Shown here one piece after another: positions 16,226-37,348 of a stretch of DNA of 64,000 bases. This DNA is from the human T2T-CHM13v2.0 reference genome, Homo sapiens. How positions within the stretch are numbered: the stretch's first letter is position 1; each line of letters begins with the position of its first letter. Made by a program: the position numbers and the translations under genes. Where the stretch lies: NCBI RefSeq assembly GCF_009914755.1, contig NC_060932.1; one strand, given 5' to 3'. Below the pieces are notes generated by a model. It saw nothing but the letters and a program-made list of their open reading frames with translations, ran no database searches and was not told the DNA's origin.

Positions 16226-16690
16226 GGCTATCATCTATGGCAGTGTGTTTCAGCCTGATATTCAAGCATAAGTTCCTGGAGAATCCACCATTTGGTTGCA
16301 GTTTAAAAATGTTTATGTTGTCATTTTGATGCTAATCTAAAGCAAAGTCATATTGTGATTTTTCCAGATGAGTACCTTAAAACATGAAGTTTTGAGAGCC
16401 TGAATTCACACCAAGTTTAGGATTTTGTTTTTATCAGTTGAAAGCCAATGAACATTGTGACAAAACGTGTAAGGTTTCACGATCATTTTGAGAAAAGAGG
16501 TGGGAGAGTTGAGTCATCACATGTCACACAGTAGCCCATGGCAAACTCAGTGCTGTAACTGTTGGTGCCACGTTCCTACTAAAAATAGAAATTGCACATA
16601 ACACACATGCACTTACATATATTTGCAACAACTTAGTCACTGTAAGTAAAGTAGTAAATACACAATGAGGAATTTTTTTTTATTTCCCAG

Positions 16691-16759
16691 GAAGGCTTAA
16701 ATTAGATACCATATAATTCAGATTTAAAATAGTCGAAAAAATACTAACCTTATCTTAAA
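16691..16759 (+). other. Candidate 69-nt exon
   Basis: Strong acceptor TTTTTTTTATTTCCCAG| and donor AAA|GTGAGT; length is a multiple of 3. Confidence 0.35.
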
Positions 16760-16943
16760 GTGAGTAGACTCTAATCGAGTGATATTCAAATAAAACTGGC
16801 TTTCCAGGGTTTTGTAGTGCCAGAATTTTTGTTAAAATTTGAGATCTGATTATTTCAAACTAGCAACAGAAGACCAGGAAGTTAATAATGCAGTGTATTT
16901 GTGCAAACAGCTGTTTTTGCATTGACATTATTAAATGTACAGA

Positions 16944-17670
16944 GGGCCTGGGAGCAGTGACTCATGCCTGTAATCTCAGCACTTTGGGAAGCTTAGACTG
17001 GAGGATTACCTAAGGCCAGGAGTTCAAGAACAACTTGGTCAACCCCATCTCTACAAGTAATAAATTTAAAATTTTTAAAAGTTAGCCAGCTGTACTGGTG
17101 TGTGCCTGTAGTCCTAGCTACTCAGGAGGTTGAGACAGGAGGACTGATGGAGCCCAGGAGTTTGAGGCTGCAGTGAGCTATGATAGTACCACTGCACTCC
17201 AGCCTGGGTGACAGGGAGAGATGCTGTCTCTAAAATAAAAATAAACATACAGAGACACATTTAACGTAGAAATAGATCAGAAGTTGAATCTTAATGCTCA
17301 TAAAGCTAACACTTTACAATTCAAGTTACTATTGATTTTATTTTATTTAATTTATTTATTTATTTATTTATTTGAGACAGAGTCTCACTCTGTTGCCTAG
17401 GCTGGAATGGAGTGGTGCAATCTTGGCTCCCTGCAATCTCCGCCTCCCAGGTTCAAGCGATTCTCCTGCCTCAGCCTCCTGAGTAGCTAGGATTACAGGC
17501 ATGTGCCACCATACCCAGCTAATTTTCGTATTTTATTTTATTTTATTTTTGTAGAAACGGGGTTTCGCCATGTTGGCCAGGCTGGTCTTGAACTCCTGAC
17601 CTCAGGTGATCCGCCTGCCTCAGTCTCCCAAAGTGCTGGGATTACAGGTGTGAGCCACCGCGCCCAGCCG
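16944..17670. mobile_element. AluJ (+, 16944-17245) and AluS (-, 17336-17670)
   Basis: Two full-length Alus, tail to tail. Confidence 0.88.
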
Positions 17671-17944
17671 AGTTACTATTAATTTTAAATGGCAAAACCA
17701 AACAACCAATATTGTTGGAGCAGAAGAATGCTTATCACTGCAATTCTATTACCTTTGCCTGTTACCTGTCTTTATTTTCCCTTTATTTAGAACCTGAAGG
17801 GTGCTTTTAGGGTGGAAGAATATAAAGTTTAAGAATTTGCTTAAGTGAAACACTTGTTATATCTTCATTCTAGTAACATTCTAGTTTTTGTAGAAGGGCC
17901 TGATCCCTCTCTCTGACCCATTTAACTCTGTCTCCTAAACACAG

Positions 17945-18037
17945 TCTAATTCAGTTCCTTTTGTATGACATAAAAATCAGAATAAGAAGTACCTGACATA
18001 CTTTCTACATCTGTAGTTGCGGAAGACATTTTAATAG
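17945..18037 (+). other. C8orf44: C8orf44 upstream exon (93 nt)
   Basis: Branch-point-like TTTAAC, acceptor CTCTGTCTCCTAAACACAG| and donor TAG|GTAAGA. Confidence 0.6.
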
Positions 18038-18497
18038 GTAAGAGCAAAAGCACAAGCCTGCATACTTCTTTTTTAACCCTGTGGATCATTTAAATAAATC
18101 CTTTCGTATTATTCCAAGATATAAGTGCATTGTGATGATGTATAAGAATTTAAATATAAGGCAGTCTGCAAGCAGGGTTTTTTATGTAGATGGGCAGCAG
18201 TTTATTGTAGGAAATTATGTGTATGTACTTAAATTAAAGCATCAGCACTAGGTGTCCGCAGATTACATCAAAGAGGGCCTCAAATTGAGTATCAGTAAAA
18301 TCGCAAGAAATGGACTACATCCTTTACAAGGACACCTCTGGTACAACATTTTCCTGTTCAAACATTAATTTCCACATAGCCTGGCATTTGGCAGGTTATG
18401 TGCCATGAATTCTGTGGATATTAGTAGGCATCATGTTGAAGGAAGGGTTCTGTAGTCAAATGCGGACTAAATTAGTTTTATTCTTTTTCCACTTTAG

Positions 18498-18655
18498 GTC
18501 TTCTCATAGCCTTTCTTTGCTAAGGACATTGTGACTCTCCAGAGAGCAACAGTGATGGCTCTAGAATGTCTAGGAAAAAGAAGGGCTTAATGTCAGGAGT
18601 CTGCTTGGGGCACACAACACTAGAAGATGTCCTTCTGCACATTGTTTCATATCGA
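18498..18655 (+). other. C8orf44: Candidate C8orf44 exon (158 nt)
   Basis: GACTAAA branch-like site, acceptor TTCTTTTTCCACTTTAG| and donor CGA|GTGTGT. Confidence 0.5.
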
Positions 18656-18714
18656 GTGTGTATTTTGTGGTGATCTGGGATGCTGATAGAAATAATTGGA
18701 TGTTAGTGCCCTAA

Positions 18715-19033
<319 letters not shown>

Positions 19034-19461
19034 CTCTCTGCGCAATTATTGATATGTAGCATTTTCACACTTCTATGGCCATGAAACCATTTTGAACCTG
19101 TATCAGAGGCGCACACTTTAGGAAAAACCAATACAGACAATAGTGCCTCTTGTTACAGTTTTTGCTTTTATCAGTGTGTTGGAAAAGGTCCTCTTTATCC
19201 CCAAGATCAGTTAATGCTTCCTTATGTTGTCATTTCTGTGGGCTTTTTTCCATTTAATGTTTTAATCCAGTTGAAATGTATTTTTGTATATGATGTAAAA
19301 GACATTCAACTCATTTTGTGTATGTATTTATTGATTGAAAAATGCCAGTTATTTCCAAACCTTGCGTTAAATGTGTTTTTGTTTTTCTTTTCAGGTATGG
19401 AACCCTTCAGATCAAAGCTTACCAATAAATTCAGTATGTAGAACAGATTAACGTAGTTGAA

Positions 19462-19886
<425 letters not shown>

Positions 19887-21473
19887 TCATAAATGACTTG
19901 AAATGCCACCTCCGTAATACACTACGTTAAAAATTTTACATACTCAAATTGTTTTTCTCTTTTTGTGCCAGGTCATACTTTAAGGAGCCCAAGAGCTTTA
20001 TAACATAACAAAAGAAACTGAAATGTCTAATAAATGTGTACATAACAATATGAGTTGTTTGTGTTTTTTTGGCCTATAAAATTAGCATAGATCTTTAAAA
20101 TAATATACAGTATTGGTAAGAGCTGAATAAATACCTTTAATATAGAGAAGGTTTAACTTAGTAAAACTATGTTTGGTAGATAATGTGTGTCAAAAGTTTA
20201 CAATGCTCATATCCTTTGATCCAGCATCTCACTTATAGGGTTTCACCCTAAAGAAATAAACAGAAATGTGTGAAAAAAATTTGCTGTTGTTTATATTATT
20301 GACAAAATTGAAGATATCAATAACAGTATGAGACTGGGTAAGTGAATCATGGCACATCCCCATGAGATGGGATACTCTTCAGCCATAGAAGTGATATTGT
20401 AGAAAGAAAAATATTGAGTGCTTGTGATGAACCTGGCACCATACCAAGCACCTCATTTATACTGTCTGAAGCCTAACAATACCCCATACGATAGGTATTA
20501 TTATTCCCATTTATAGGTGAGAACACCCTCAGAATTCTAAGTTAGGTAAAGTTCAGCTAGTAAGGTAGTGTTGGTAGTGTAAGGTAGTGTTGCTGGAATT
20601 CAACACATGTCTACTCTTAACCCTTATTCTTAGCCACTGTCATGATACAGGAAAATACTATTTACTGATAAGTTTCTAGTAATTTAACTGACATTAAACA
20701 CATGAAAACTATATGCAATTCCTTCCTTTCCAAAGTTCCTAGGTTTGGTAATTTTTTATCCTAAAATGAATTTATATGTTTTTTATTGCTTATGGAAGTA
20801 TTAGATGCCTACTCTTAAGAATTCAAACTGTACAGAAGATTATAAAGTAGCTGCATCTTTAGTCATAAATTATACCCTCTGTATATGATACGATAGATTC
20901 ATAGGCTCTTTCTGTTCCCTCAATTCTGTTCTTGCTGTGGTATCAGCTTGTGGGCCCTGGTTGGGGATAGAGATGAACTAGAAAGGCAAACTGAGTGGGG
21001 TGCAGGTGTGAGTGGTTGACTTTCACCACAGGTGATTAGAAACACTGATTCTGGAGCCAATCTGGCTAGATGGAGTCCCAGCTCTTACTTACCAGCTGTT
21101 TGGACTTGGACAACTAATAGGAGTGCTTACTGTGTGTGATATGCATACATGGTTTCCCCATTTGTCTTTATGAGTTAGATGTTTTTATTCCCTTTTTATA
21201 CAGATGACAAAACTAAAATTCAGGGAGGTTACGTATGGAAGTAGAATGAATCATTAGACCCATTTCTAGGACTACAGACAAGATAAATACTGAAAGCTGC
21301 TTGTCCAGGAGATAGCAAAATGCTGACAAATGAGAAACAGACCTGCATAGCCATCACACCCTCTAGAACCAAGGGGTAGTGTTTTAAGATAGAGGACTGG
21401 GTGAGTATCAGAAAGCTGTGCTTTGAAAACCTGACTGCTTTTAAGTATTTCCTGTTTTGTTCTCATTTTGTAG

Positions 21474-21707
21474 GTATTAGAATTATTTCTGAATTATCAG
21501 TCTCTCATTTGTGCTTTGGAGAAGCAGAAAAGGCAAAAGGGGTCTTTGGCCATCTTCTGCTGGAGCTTCCAGGGAGGATGTGTCTCCAAGAGACCAGATG
21601 TACCGAGTTTGAAATCCCAGAAGCCCAAGAGGAAAAGAATCACAGGGAGGAAAAGACTGTCCAAAGGCTTCTGGAGTCTTCTGTTCTCTAACCTTGGAAG
21701 GTTTTGA
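21474..21707 (+). CDS. C8orf44: C8orf44 putative protein, coding segment 2 (VLELFLNYQ...SNLGRF*; total 159 aa)
   Basis: Acceptor TTGTTCTCATTTTGTAG| at 21473, phase-0 join to segment 1, TGA at 21705-21707; the exon also has donor TGA|GTAAGT at 21777/21778. Confidence 0.7.
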   Translation, partial: VLELFLNYQSLICALEKQKRQKGSLAIFCWSFQGGCVSKRPDVPSLKSQKPKRKRITGRKRLSKGFWSLLFSNLGRF

Positions 21708-21834
21708 ACAATATTTCTCAGAGGATAGCCTTTCACTTATTCATCTGTCCAGCATGACTCATCCCCGGGAGTGTTGAGTAAGTGAAATTTTGCTGTATTC
21801 ATGTTTTTGTGACTTATAAAATAGGATGATAAGG

Positions 21835-22000
21835 AGAGAACATGAACTCTGGAGTCAGACCTGTTACCTCGGACATGATACTCTTAGCTTTGTCATTTAG
21901 TATTTGAGTAATTTTGGGCAAGCTAACATCTCTGGTCGTTCTCATCTGTAAAATGAGAATAAATGAAACCCACTAACCAGAATTGGTATGAAAATGAAAT
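21835..22000 (+). mobile_element. MIR
   Basis: AACTCTGGAGTCAGAC...TTGGGCAAG...CTCATCTGTAAAATGAGAATAA. Confidence 0.75.
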
Positions 22001-22499
22001 GTGGCAGAAAAAAAATGAAAGTGAATAGTATCACCACTGACACACAAGCACTAAAGGCCCTTCCTGTCTCCATCAGGTATGGATTTGGGGCAACATTTGG
22101 CCAGGTCTTGTTTATCTTTCTGTTCATCTATTCTGTCTAATTCAGTGCTTTGTTTACAACGAATGTCTTACAAATGCTGACTGAACACTAGCATACCTGC
22201 ATGAACAACAGGTAAATAAATTTTAGATGTGTTTTAATGTTTATTAATCTATCCTGTCAGAGAAGAACTGCCAGTTATAGATAAATATGATGCCAGGTCA
22301 GGGCTGAAGAGTTGGGCAGGTTGTTATCTGCATGGGGTCACTAGGTTCCAGTGGAGAGGTGGGGGCTAAGCTCTCACCCGCTCTGCAGCCACCTGGCACC
22401 CGGTTTCAGTTTCCTGAAAGGGAGCCTTCTACTTGCTGACGACTGCCTCATCTCTTCTGAGGTTTCCTCTGATAAACAATTTTCTCTGCTTTTTTTTTT

Positions 22500-23716
<1,217 letters not shown>

Positions 23717-23720
<4 letters not shown>

Positions 23721-23862
23721 TCTTCTCTTTTCTTCCCTTCCTCCCTCTCCTCTCCTCTCCTCTCCTCTCCTCTCCTCTCCTCTCCCTTCCCCTCCCCTCC
23801 CCTCCCCTCCCCTCCCCTCCCCTCCTCTCCCCTCCCCTCCTCTCTCTCCCTCCTTCCTTCCT
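23717..23862. repeat. Polypyrimidine (CCTCT)n/(CCCCT)n tract
   Basis: About 145 nt of C and T only. Confidence 0.95.
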
Positions 23863-24916
23863 TCTAAAGCATTTTAGGTAGAGCTAAAACTTCACCTCTT
23901 CACCCATCTCCTGCTCTCCCTGTCTGTTTTTTCCTTTGTCAAGGAACCTGCTTTCTAATGTGTTTTTGTCCTTTTACTACATATGATAAGATCTATAGAT
24001 ACTGATTTTTGGTATCTATTGAGACTTGCTTTTTGACCCATTACATGACCACTTTTATAAATGTTCTGTATAAGAAAGAATGTGCACTCTTCAGTTCTTT
24101 AAATGAGTTAATAAGTGTAAAGCACTTACAACCAGTGCCTGTTTCATCATGAGCACCATGCAGTGTCAAATTTTTAAAATAATAATATGAACGTACAGTT
24201 TTATATAAATCCAATAGCTCAAATTTGTTAACTGTCTTGTTCATGTTTTGTATGTTTGAGCTCTCAATCTTTAGATAAGTTCATTAAAACCTCCTTGTGA
24301 TTGTGATATATACATTTTTGCATGTCTCCTACCAACTTTGTCTCCCTGGCGTGGGAGTGAGAGAGGTCCAGGCCAGTCGTCTGGATCCTGTCCCCTGATC
24401 CTTCCTGTAAGTGAGGGCTGTGCTTCACTGCACAACAGAGAATTAAGACAGAAGTCTTGGCACTGACTGAGCAGAAAGGGCATCACAGGGACATAGAGAT
24501 TAATGAATTCAAACAGACTGAGAATCACAGTGGCGTTGCCATCTCCCCTTTTGTAAGCTTTTGCACTGCAGTCCAATCATCACTTGCTGCCCTCTGATAT
24601 TTCTTCTCTCAAAATGCCTCTTCTGTTCTCTCAACACTAATTCCTCAGAAGTTTAGTCCAATTTTTTGGATAGTAGCCACCAAATTCCCTGTTTTTAACA
24701 TTTCAAAACTACATTTCAATATTCACCTGATACTTATGGGACCAGAAGCTTGAAGAGAAATGTTTTTTAACTGATTAGATAAATATTGAATATTGAATAT
24801 TGAACATCTGGCTCTCGGAAGGTCATGGACCAGGGCAGACCTTGGCCACTAAGCTCTGAAAGAAGCCACGAGGCTGGAGCACATGCAACCAGGTGGTGTC
24901 CGAAAGACAGGGGCTA

Positions 24917-25755
<839 letters not shown>

Positions 25756-25809
25756 CTAGTGTTACAACCATAACTCCCTCCCCTTATTTGAATGTTTTGA
25801 GTATTTTGT

Positions 25810-26290
25810 TAAAAACTTTTCATTTTGAAAAAGTCAAACTTACATAAGAGAATAGCACAATAAACATCCATGAATTTGATTCAATAATTCTTGTTTGCCA
25901 ATATTCACATCACCTGGCTTTTTTTTCTTTGCTGTAATATTTTAAAGCAAATCCTAAATAATATGTAATTTTGTTCCTTCATTAATCAAGGATCCATCTC
26001 TAAGATGAACATTTTCTTACATACTACAAAGCCATGTTCATGAAACTAATAATTTATTGGTGATATCTAATATGAATTCCATAACCAGATATCCCTGATT
26101 ATGTCAAAAATATCTTTTTACAGTTGGTTCGTTTGAATCAGGATCTGACTAAGGTCCACACAATGCATTTGGTTGTTAGATCTTTTAGTTCTCTTTTAAT
26201 CCAGGACACTGCTTTTTTCCCCTCCTTTTTACTTTCACTCTCTTTAGAAAATGTATCTCATTGACTCATAGAAACTGAATTAATTGTCCT
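25810..26290 (-). mobile_element. Old L1 (L1MC-like) fragment
   Basis: TTTGAATCAGGATC...AAGGTCCACACAATGCATTTGGTTG and ACATTTTCTTACATA motifs. Confidence 0.55.
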
Positions 26291-26457
26291 TTAAAAGTCT
26301 CAATACTATTATAAATAACAAAAATTATTAAATTAAAAAAAAGGACTAACCCTGGTGTTTGAGGCTTAACTTTAAACTTCAGCAAGTCAGATTATCACTT
26401 TGGTATTGGAATGTTCTTTGAAGTATCTGGCATACAGTCCAGTCCAGTGAACCATAA

Positions 26458-26883
<426 letters not shown>

Positions 26884-27133
26884 TGACCTGCTTACTGTGA
26901 TTTGTCAACTGTTACTAAGTTAACAGAATCTAAAAATAGCAAACAGTTTCTCAGACATTTTTAAAAACCATTAAGATGATGCTTCAGTTTGCTAACCTCA
27001 GTCTTCACTTCAGAAATTAGAAAACTAAAAATAGCTGAAATGAAGGTAGCATCAGTAAAAACCAAGTTTGTTTGCACTTTGAGGATATATAGAAGGAGCC
27101 ATGACCAAATAACACATGTATTCTTCCACCCAG

Positions 27134-27320
27134 TGTCTGTCTTCACCAAGAAGGACGACTTTGATTGGCTGTAATTGGCCACTGTTGCTAATGGAGTAGA
27201 GAGAGTCTTGCTACATGCGGGAACTAGAATTACATCACTGCGTTTTTTGGCTTTGTTTCTTCAATGGGTTGTAGTGTATGAATATTATTACAAAATAAAA
27301 TGATTTAAAAATATCCATCT
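27134..27320 (+). other. C8orf44: Probable terminal exon of a C8orf44 isoform
   Basis: Acceptor TATTCTTCCACCCAG| at 27133 and AATAAA at 27294-27299, followed by T/GT-rich sequence. Confidence 0.55.
27294..27299 (+). terminator. Polyadenylation signal AATAAA
   Basis: Canonical hexamer at the end of the exon-like segment. Confidence 0.5.
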
Positions 27321-28370
27321 AATGTTAATCGTTTTGAATTATTTACTGATTTGATGATTCAAAGCCAGTGTATGTTTACAGAAAATGGAGATTTTGTCTC
27401 CCATTGAATTTGTGCTCATACATTCTGGGCTTAATACTGATTCTACCACTTGCCAGCTCTATGACACTAGAGAAATCATTTAACTTTTCTGAGCCATAGT
27501 ATCCAATGTGTAATAATCACATCACAGTAAATGGAGTATCTATCACCTAAAGCATTTATCATTTCTTTGTGTTTGAGACAGTAGATTAAAAATTTAGCTT
27601 GGGTAATTCTGGGTGTGTTTATTGGATCAGGCCTTAAACTAGGAGGCATTTTACAGAGACACATTAGTTACTTTGAGATGAAAGAGGGTTTAGGAGCCAG
27701 GATCCTTGAATTGTCAAACAGCCAGTTACTGTGGCTTCAGCCACTCCTCCTTGATCCCTATAACAGATAAGTGTTTAGAGGACCAGGCTGGACAGACACT
27801 GGCCATCAATACATCCAGAACCTTGACGTAGTGTCTGGGATGAATTGAGTGGATGACCTCCCCACATCTTCACTGATAATTAGTCACTCCCATAATTAGT
27901 GTTCCCATAGCTCTTTGGATTCATCATATCCTGCCTTGTATTATATTTGCTTGTATACAAATATATACCTTCCACTAAAATATACGTATGTTGAGTAGGG
28001 ATCACATTGTTTATCTTTCTAACTTCCTGTGCTTAGCATAGAACTTTTAATGTAGTAAGAACTAGGTAAGTGTTTCATTTAATTGAATTGGCACTCAGAG
28101 CCAGAAAACATCATAGCCAGTTATCCTGGTGCTGTTTATTAAATAAGCCAGTCTTTCCCCACTGATCTAAAGTGCTACTTTGAACATGTATGAAATCTTA
28201 AATGTATGAACTTGAGTTATTTTGTGGATTCTGTTTCACCCCACGGCTCCACTTGTCTTTTCCTTGTCAGTACCATTCTGCCCTGCTTACAACGTAGTCT
28301 CATAGTTCTTTTTAATATCTCATAAGCCAAGTCTTATTTTGCCACAGTTGTTTTTCAAACTTTCTTGGCT

Positions 28371-30041
<1,671 letters not shown>

Positions 30042-30399
30042 TGCATTCCTTAACTAATCAGTAGGCTGTCTGATAACATACTTTTTAAACTGCTTTTTCA
30101 TCTCCTTTGGCCACTTGTCCAATAGACTAATGGTGTTAATTATGTATTTGTAAGAATGCAGTTTACATATTGGATAGAAAGTTTTTAAGGATTCTGTTTT
30201 TCCTCATATCTTCTTAAATAGCCTTGGGTCTTCTTGCTCACCAATTCCTCCTTTCCTCTAATTATTCTAACTTACATCTTCTGTAACAACTTCTTATCTG
30301 AAAATTCTACTGCCAGCACATACTACAGTATATTAAGTATTTGTTGTTATATGGAACATCCTTATCTTGTTAGTGTTATAGTAGTAGTAATAGTAAATA

Positions 30400-30600
30400 A
30401 TAATAACAGCTCTCAAACACTGAGTGCTTTCAGGTGCTATATCTCATTTAATCCTCTGTGACCCAATAAGATATCCTCATTTTACAGATAAAGAAGTAGT
30501 CGCAGACAGATTTACCAACTTGCCCAAAGACATGCTATTAACAAAAGGAAGACCTGTCAAATTCCAAAGCCCATGTTCTTCATTATCATGCTGTCTGGTC
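30400..30600 (-). mobile_element. MIR
   Basis: ATCTCATTTAATCCTC...CATTTTACAGATAAAGAA...ACTTGCCCAA. Confidence 0.7.
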
Positions 30601-30940
30601 CTCAAGTGTAAAGTCAAGTCTCTGTGGGGAAAACAAAAAGCTCTTTATTGTGTTAAGAAAGAAAACTTCCACACTAATTTATTAAAATTCCTACACCATT
30701 TTATTAAAGGCTTTAAATAAAAAAGATTTTCAGTTTTATGAAATATTTTCTCAGCATTTGTAAGAACTCTGCTGCCTGCCATCTCCCATGCCTACACTGG
30801 CTTCCCATCTCTTGGGGTCCCTGGGCATTGCCACTATGACCTCCAGGGGGCACTGTTTCCCCTTTATTATTGAGGCTCAAGCATTTGACTCATTTCCTGA
30901 AGTACAGATGAAACAAGCAAAACTTTTAAAAACTTTAACA

Positions 30941-31291
<351 letters not shown>

Positions 31292-31612
31292 CTAATATAC
31301 AACTAGATAATTCGGTTCACTAAATGCAGGGTAGACATTTCAGCACTTGACACTGTAAAAGGATTCCTCTTTACCTTGCTTCCTACTACCTGCACAAAAC
31401 AGAAGCCACCTTTTCCTAAACTGCATAATGTCCTCAAGCAAGCTAAATTCTTCAAAAGCCAGCTCCAAGATTGGTAAGACCAGTTCCAGCTTTCTTCTAA
31501 ATTCCAGTTTCCAGGCTCTGTATCTGCCTCCTCCCTAGATGGTGGGCCCTAAGCTTTTCGGCCCTCTTCTAGGAAGACGGCATTGCTGAGCTCTAAGGTT
31601 CTAGTTTTACCC

Positions 31613-32547
31613 TGTTGCTGGGAGATGGTTATCTATGGTTCTCTGTGTCCCTGCTTGTCTGGCCTTAGAATGTCAAGAATGCAAGCCCTGACTCCTTTTA
31701 TTATCTATTACTGCATAACAAATTACCCTAAAACATAGGGGCTTAAAACAACATTTATTTTCTGACAGTTTCTGTGGGTCAGGAATCTGGATGTAGTTTA
31801 GCTGGGTGCCTCTGGCTCAGGGTCTCTCACAAGATACAGTCAGGGTGTGGGCTGGAGCTGCTGTCACCTCAAGGCTTGAGATAATCACTCATGTGGCTGT
31901 TGGTGGGCCACAGGTCCTCACTGACTGTCGGCTAGACATGCAGGTCCATCCATAAGGCAGCTTGCAACATGGCAGCTGATGAGATGATGCCCAACACAGA
32001 AGCCACAGTCTTTATAACCTCATCTCTAAAGCAACTTCTCATCTCTTGTGTCATATTCAGTTAATTAGAAGTGAGTCAATAAACTTAGCCCACAGTCAAC
32101 TGGAGGAATTACAGGAGGCAAGAACCATTAAGGGCCACCTTACAGGCTTTCAGCCACACTATGCTTGATCCAAGCCATTTCCTATGGTTGTGTTTGCAGT
32201 GAGCAATCTTGAGGAATGAGGTAACATCTCCCTCTGGGACAAAAAGCAATCTCACTGCTTGTTATAATAGCAGTGGGTTCCCCAAGATTATTGTTGTTCG
32301 TCAGCTGCAATGCAAACCCACTCTCTAGGCCCATGCATGTCGCTCCTGTGGAACTGGGGACTTGGGAGCAAGAGAAACTGATACAAACATTCTGATGGGC
32401 ATGGCTTTTTTTTTTTTCCTGTACTGTGAATAATAAACTTCTTTTTCTCTGGCGTAGATGTCTCCTGTCTTCCTCCAGCATTCACAAACCAGGAACGGCT
32501 AGCTTTTTGACCTGTAAGTAGCATAAAATCAAATCACAGACCTGACA
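31613..32547 (+). mobile_element. Solo LTR (LTR40-like, ERVL), split by an MLT1 insertion
   Basis: TG...CA ends, TCTCCCTCTGGGACAAA, CTGTGGAACTGGGG, GTGAATAATAAAC and TGTCTTCCTCCAGCAT blocks resemble LTR40. Confidence 0.6.
31700..32160 (-). mobile_element. MLT1 (ERVL-MaLR) LTR
   Basis: CTGCATAACAAATTACCCTAAAAC...GGCTTAAAACAACA...AGTTTCTGTGGGTCAGGAATCTGG...CTCTGGCTCAGGGTCTCTCA. Confidence 0.75.
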
Positions 32548-32831
32548 GTTTGACTCAGCAAGACTTTAACAGAATGCATATAGTCCTTCAAGAACCAGCA
32601 TTCACACACGTGATCCACATACATATTATACATTTTATTTAACAAACATGTGTTCCAGGTATTATTCTAAGAGTTTATAGATATAAACTCATTCTATCCA
32701 TGAAGTAAGTACTATTAAAACTCCCTGTTTTATAGATGGGGAAGAAGATGCACAAAGATGTTAAGTAACTTGCCCAAATCAGGCAGTTTTTAAGTGTCAG
32801 AGCCCCATTATTCAAACAGAAACAAATACAA

Positions 32832-33457
<626 letters not shown>

Positions 33458-33744
33458 CTACAGAGTCTATTGACCCACTGTATCATGCTGACTGTGTTAA
33501 GGGCTAGGAATGGATGGGGCAAAGAGAAGATAAGGGAAATGATCAAACAGTTTAATTCCTCAAAACAGTTGTTGAGATAATCAATTTAAAGAGCTTTTTA
33601 TTCCTAACATATTACAGTTTTTATTGCTTTATTATTCTGGTCATATTGATACACACTTTGATTCAGTGTGCTATACTTGGCTTGTTAGGATTTGATCGAG
33701 AAAATTTGTGTCTATATTCAGACTATGTATTCAAAAACGGTTTG

Positions 33745-34685
<941 letters not shown>

Positions 34686-35130
34686 AAATAGTCTATCTTT
34701 GAAACTTGCAGCGTACTTTAAAATGTAAAATATTGGTAATGGTGTGATTGTGTATAATAAGTTTTTGTTAACTTCACTCTTTACCTGTGCAAGTCCCCCA
34801 TGCCCTTGGCCTTTCCTTTCTGTCTGTTACCTCCTCCTTTCCTAGGAAGTGTAAATGGCACGGTCCCCACTTGGGCTCTCTTCCTTTACTCCATTGTCCT
34901 TTTCTTAAACCTTCGTAAGCCAGGTTCAATCCAGCTGTCTGCCTCCTCCATGGCTATATCAGGGCTGCAGAGCTTTGCCGGAGAAAAACCACGATGGTGA
35001 AGATGACGCCCTGTATACAACTCACAGTCTCCCACCTGGACTCATCCTTCAGTGTTTCTTCCTTCCAATTATTTCTGTTTCTCAAATCAGAGCTTTCTAC
35101 TTCAAACGTGTATAAGATTTTTTGGGGTAT

Positions 35131-35424
35131 ATTTTTGTTTTTTGAGACAGAGTTTCGTTCTTGTTGCCCAGGCTGGAGTGCATGGCGTGATCTCAGCTCA
35201 CAGCAACCTCCGCCTCCCAGGTTCAAGCAATTCTACTGCCTCAGCCTCCTGAGTGGCTGGTATTACAGGCATGTGCCACCACGCCCGGCTAATTTTGTAT
35301 TTTTAGTAGAGATGGAGTTTCTCCATGTTGGTGAGGCTGGTCACGAACTCCTGACCTCAGGTGATGTGCCCGCCTCGGCCTATCAAAGTGCTAGGATTAC
35401 AGGCATGAGCCACCATGCCTGGCC
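35131..35424 (-). mobile_element. Alu (AluSp-like)
   Basis: Full length, antisense. Confidence 0.9.
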
Positions 35425-35426
35425 CT

Positions 35427-36965
<1,539 letters not shown>

Positions 36966-37003
36966 AATAATGGGTATATATTTTATATATGTCATTTACA
37001 TAA

Positions 37004-37348
37004 CAGTTCCCCTTATCTGCAGGAGATACATCCCAAGACCCCTAGTGGATGCCTGAAGCTGCAGATAGTACCAAACCCCCTACATATACTATGTATTCTC
37101 CCATACAATCACATTGTATAGGGCAGGCAGTGTATATAGCATGAATACACTGGACAAAGGCATGATTCACATTCAGGGCAGGACAGAGTGGGATGGCACA
37201 AGATTTCATCACACTACTCAGAATGGTGTGCAATTTAAAACTTATGAAGGGTTTATTTCTGAAATGTTCCATTTAATATTTTTGGACCACAGCTGACCAT
37301 GGGTAACTGAAACTGTGGAAAGTGAAATCGCAGATAAGGGGAACTACG
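37004..37348 (-). mobile_element. MER44A-like (Tigger7-derived) MITE
   Basis: TIRs CAGTTCCCCTTATCTGC / GCAGATAAGGGGAACT and internal TGGACAAAGGCATGATTCAC, GGTAACTGAAAC. Confidence 0.75.

Noticed and set aside
16254-16641. Cys-containing exon-like block (TTTCAG| ... ACT|GTAAGT) as a further exon of the hidden gene
   Set aside because: Many stops in the frames I read, and only 49 nt separate it from the next acceptor, too short for a normal intron; it cannot be supported without alignments.
21497-21736. 79-aa minus-strand ORF over the C8orf44 exon
   Set aside because: No ATG start or splice context on that strand; likely a shadow.
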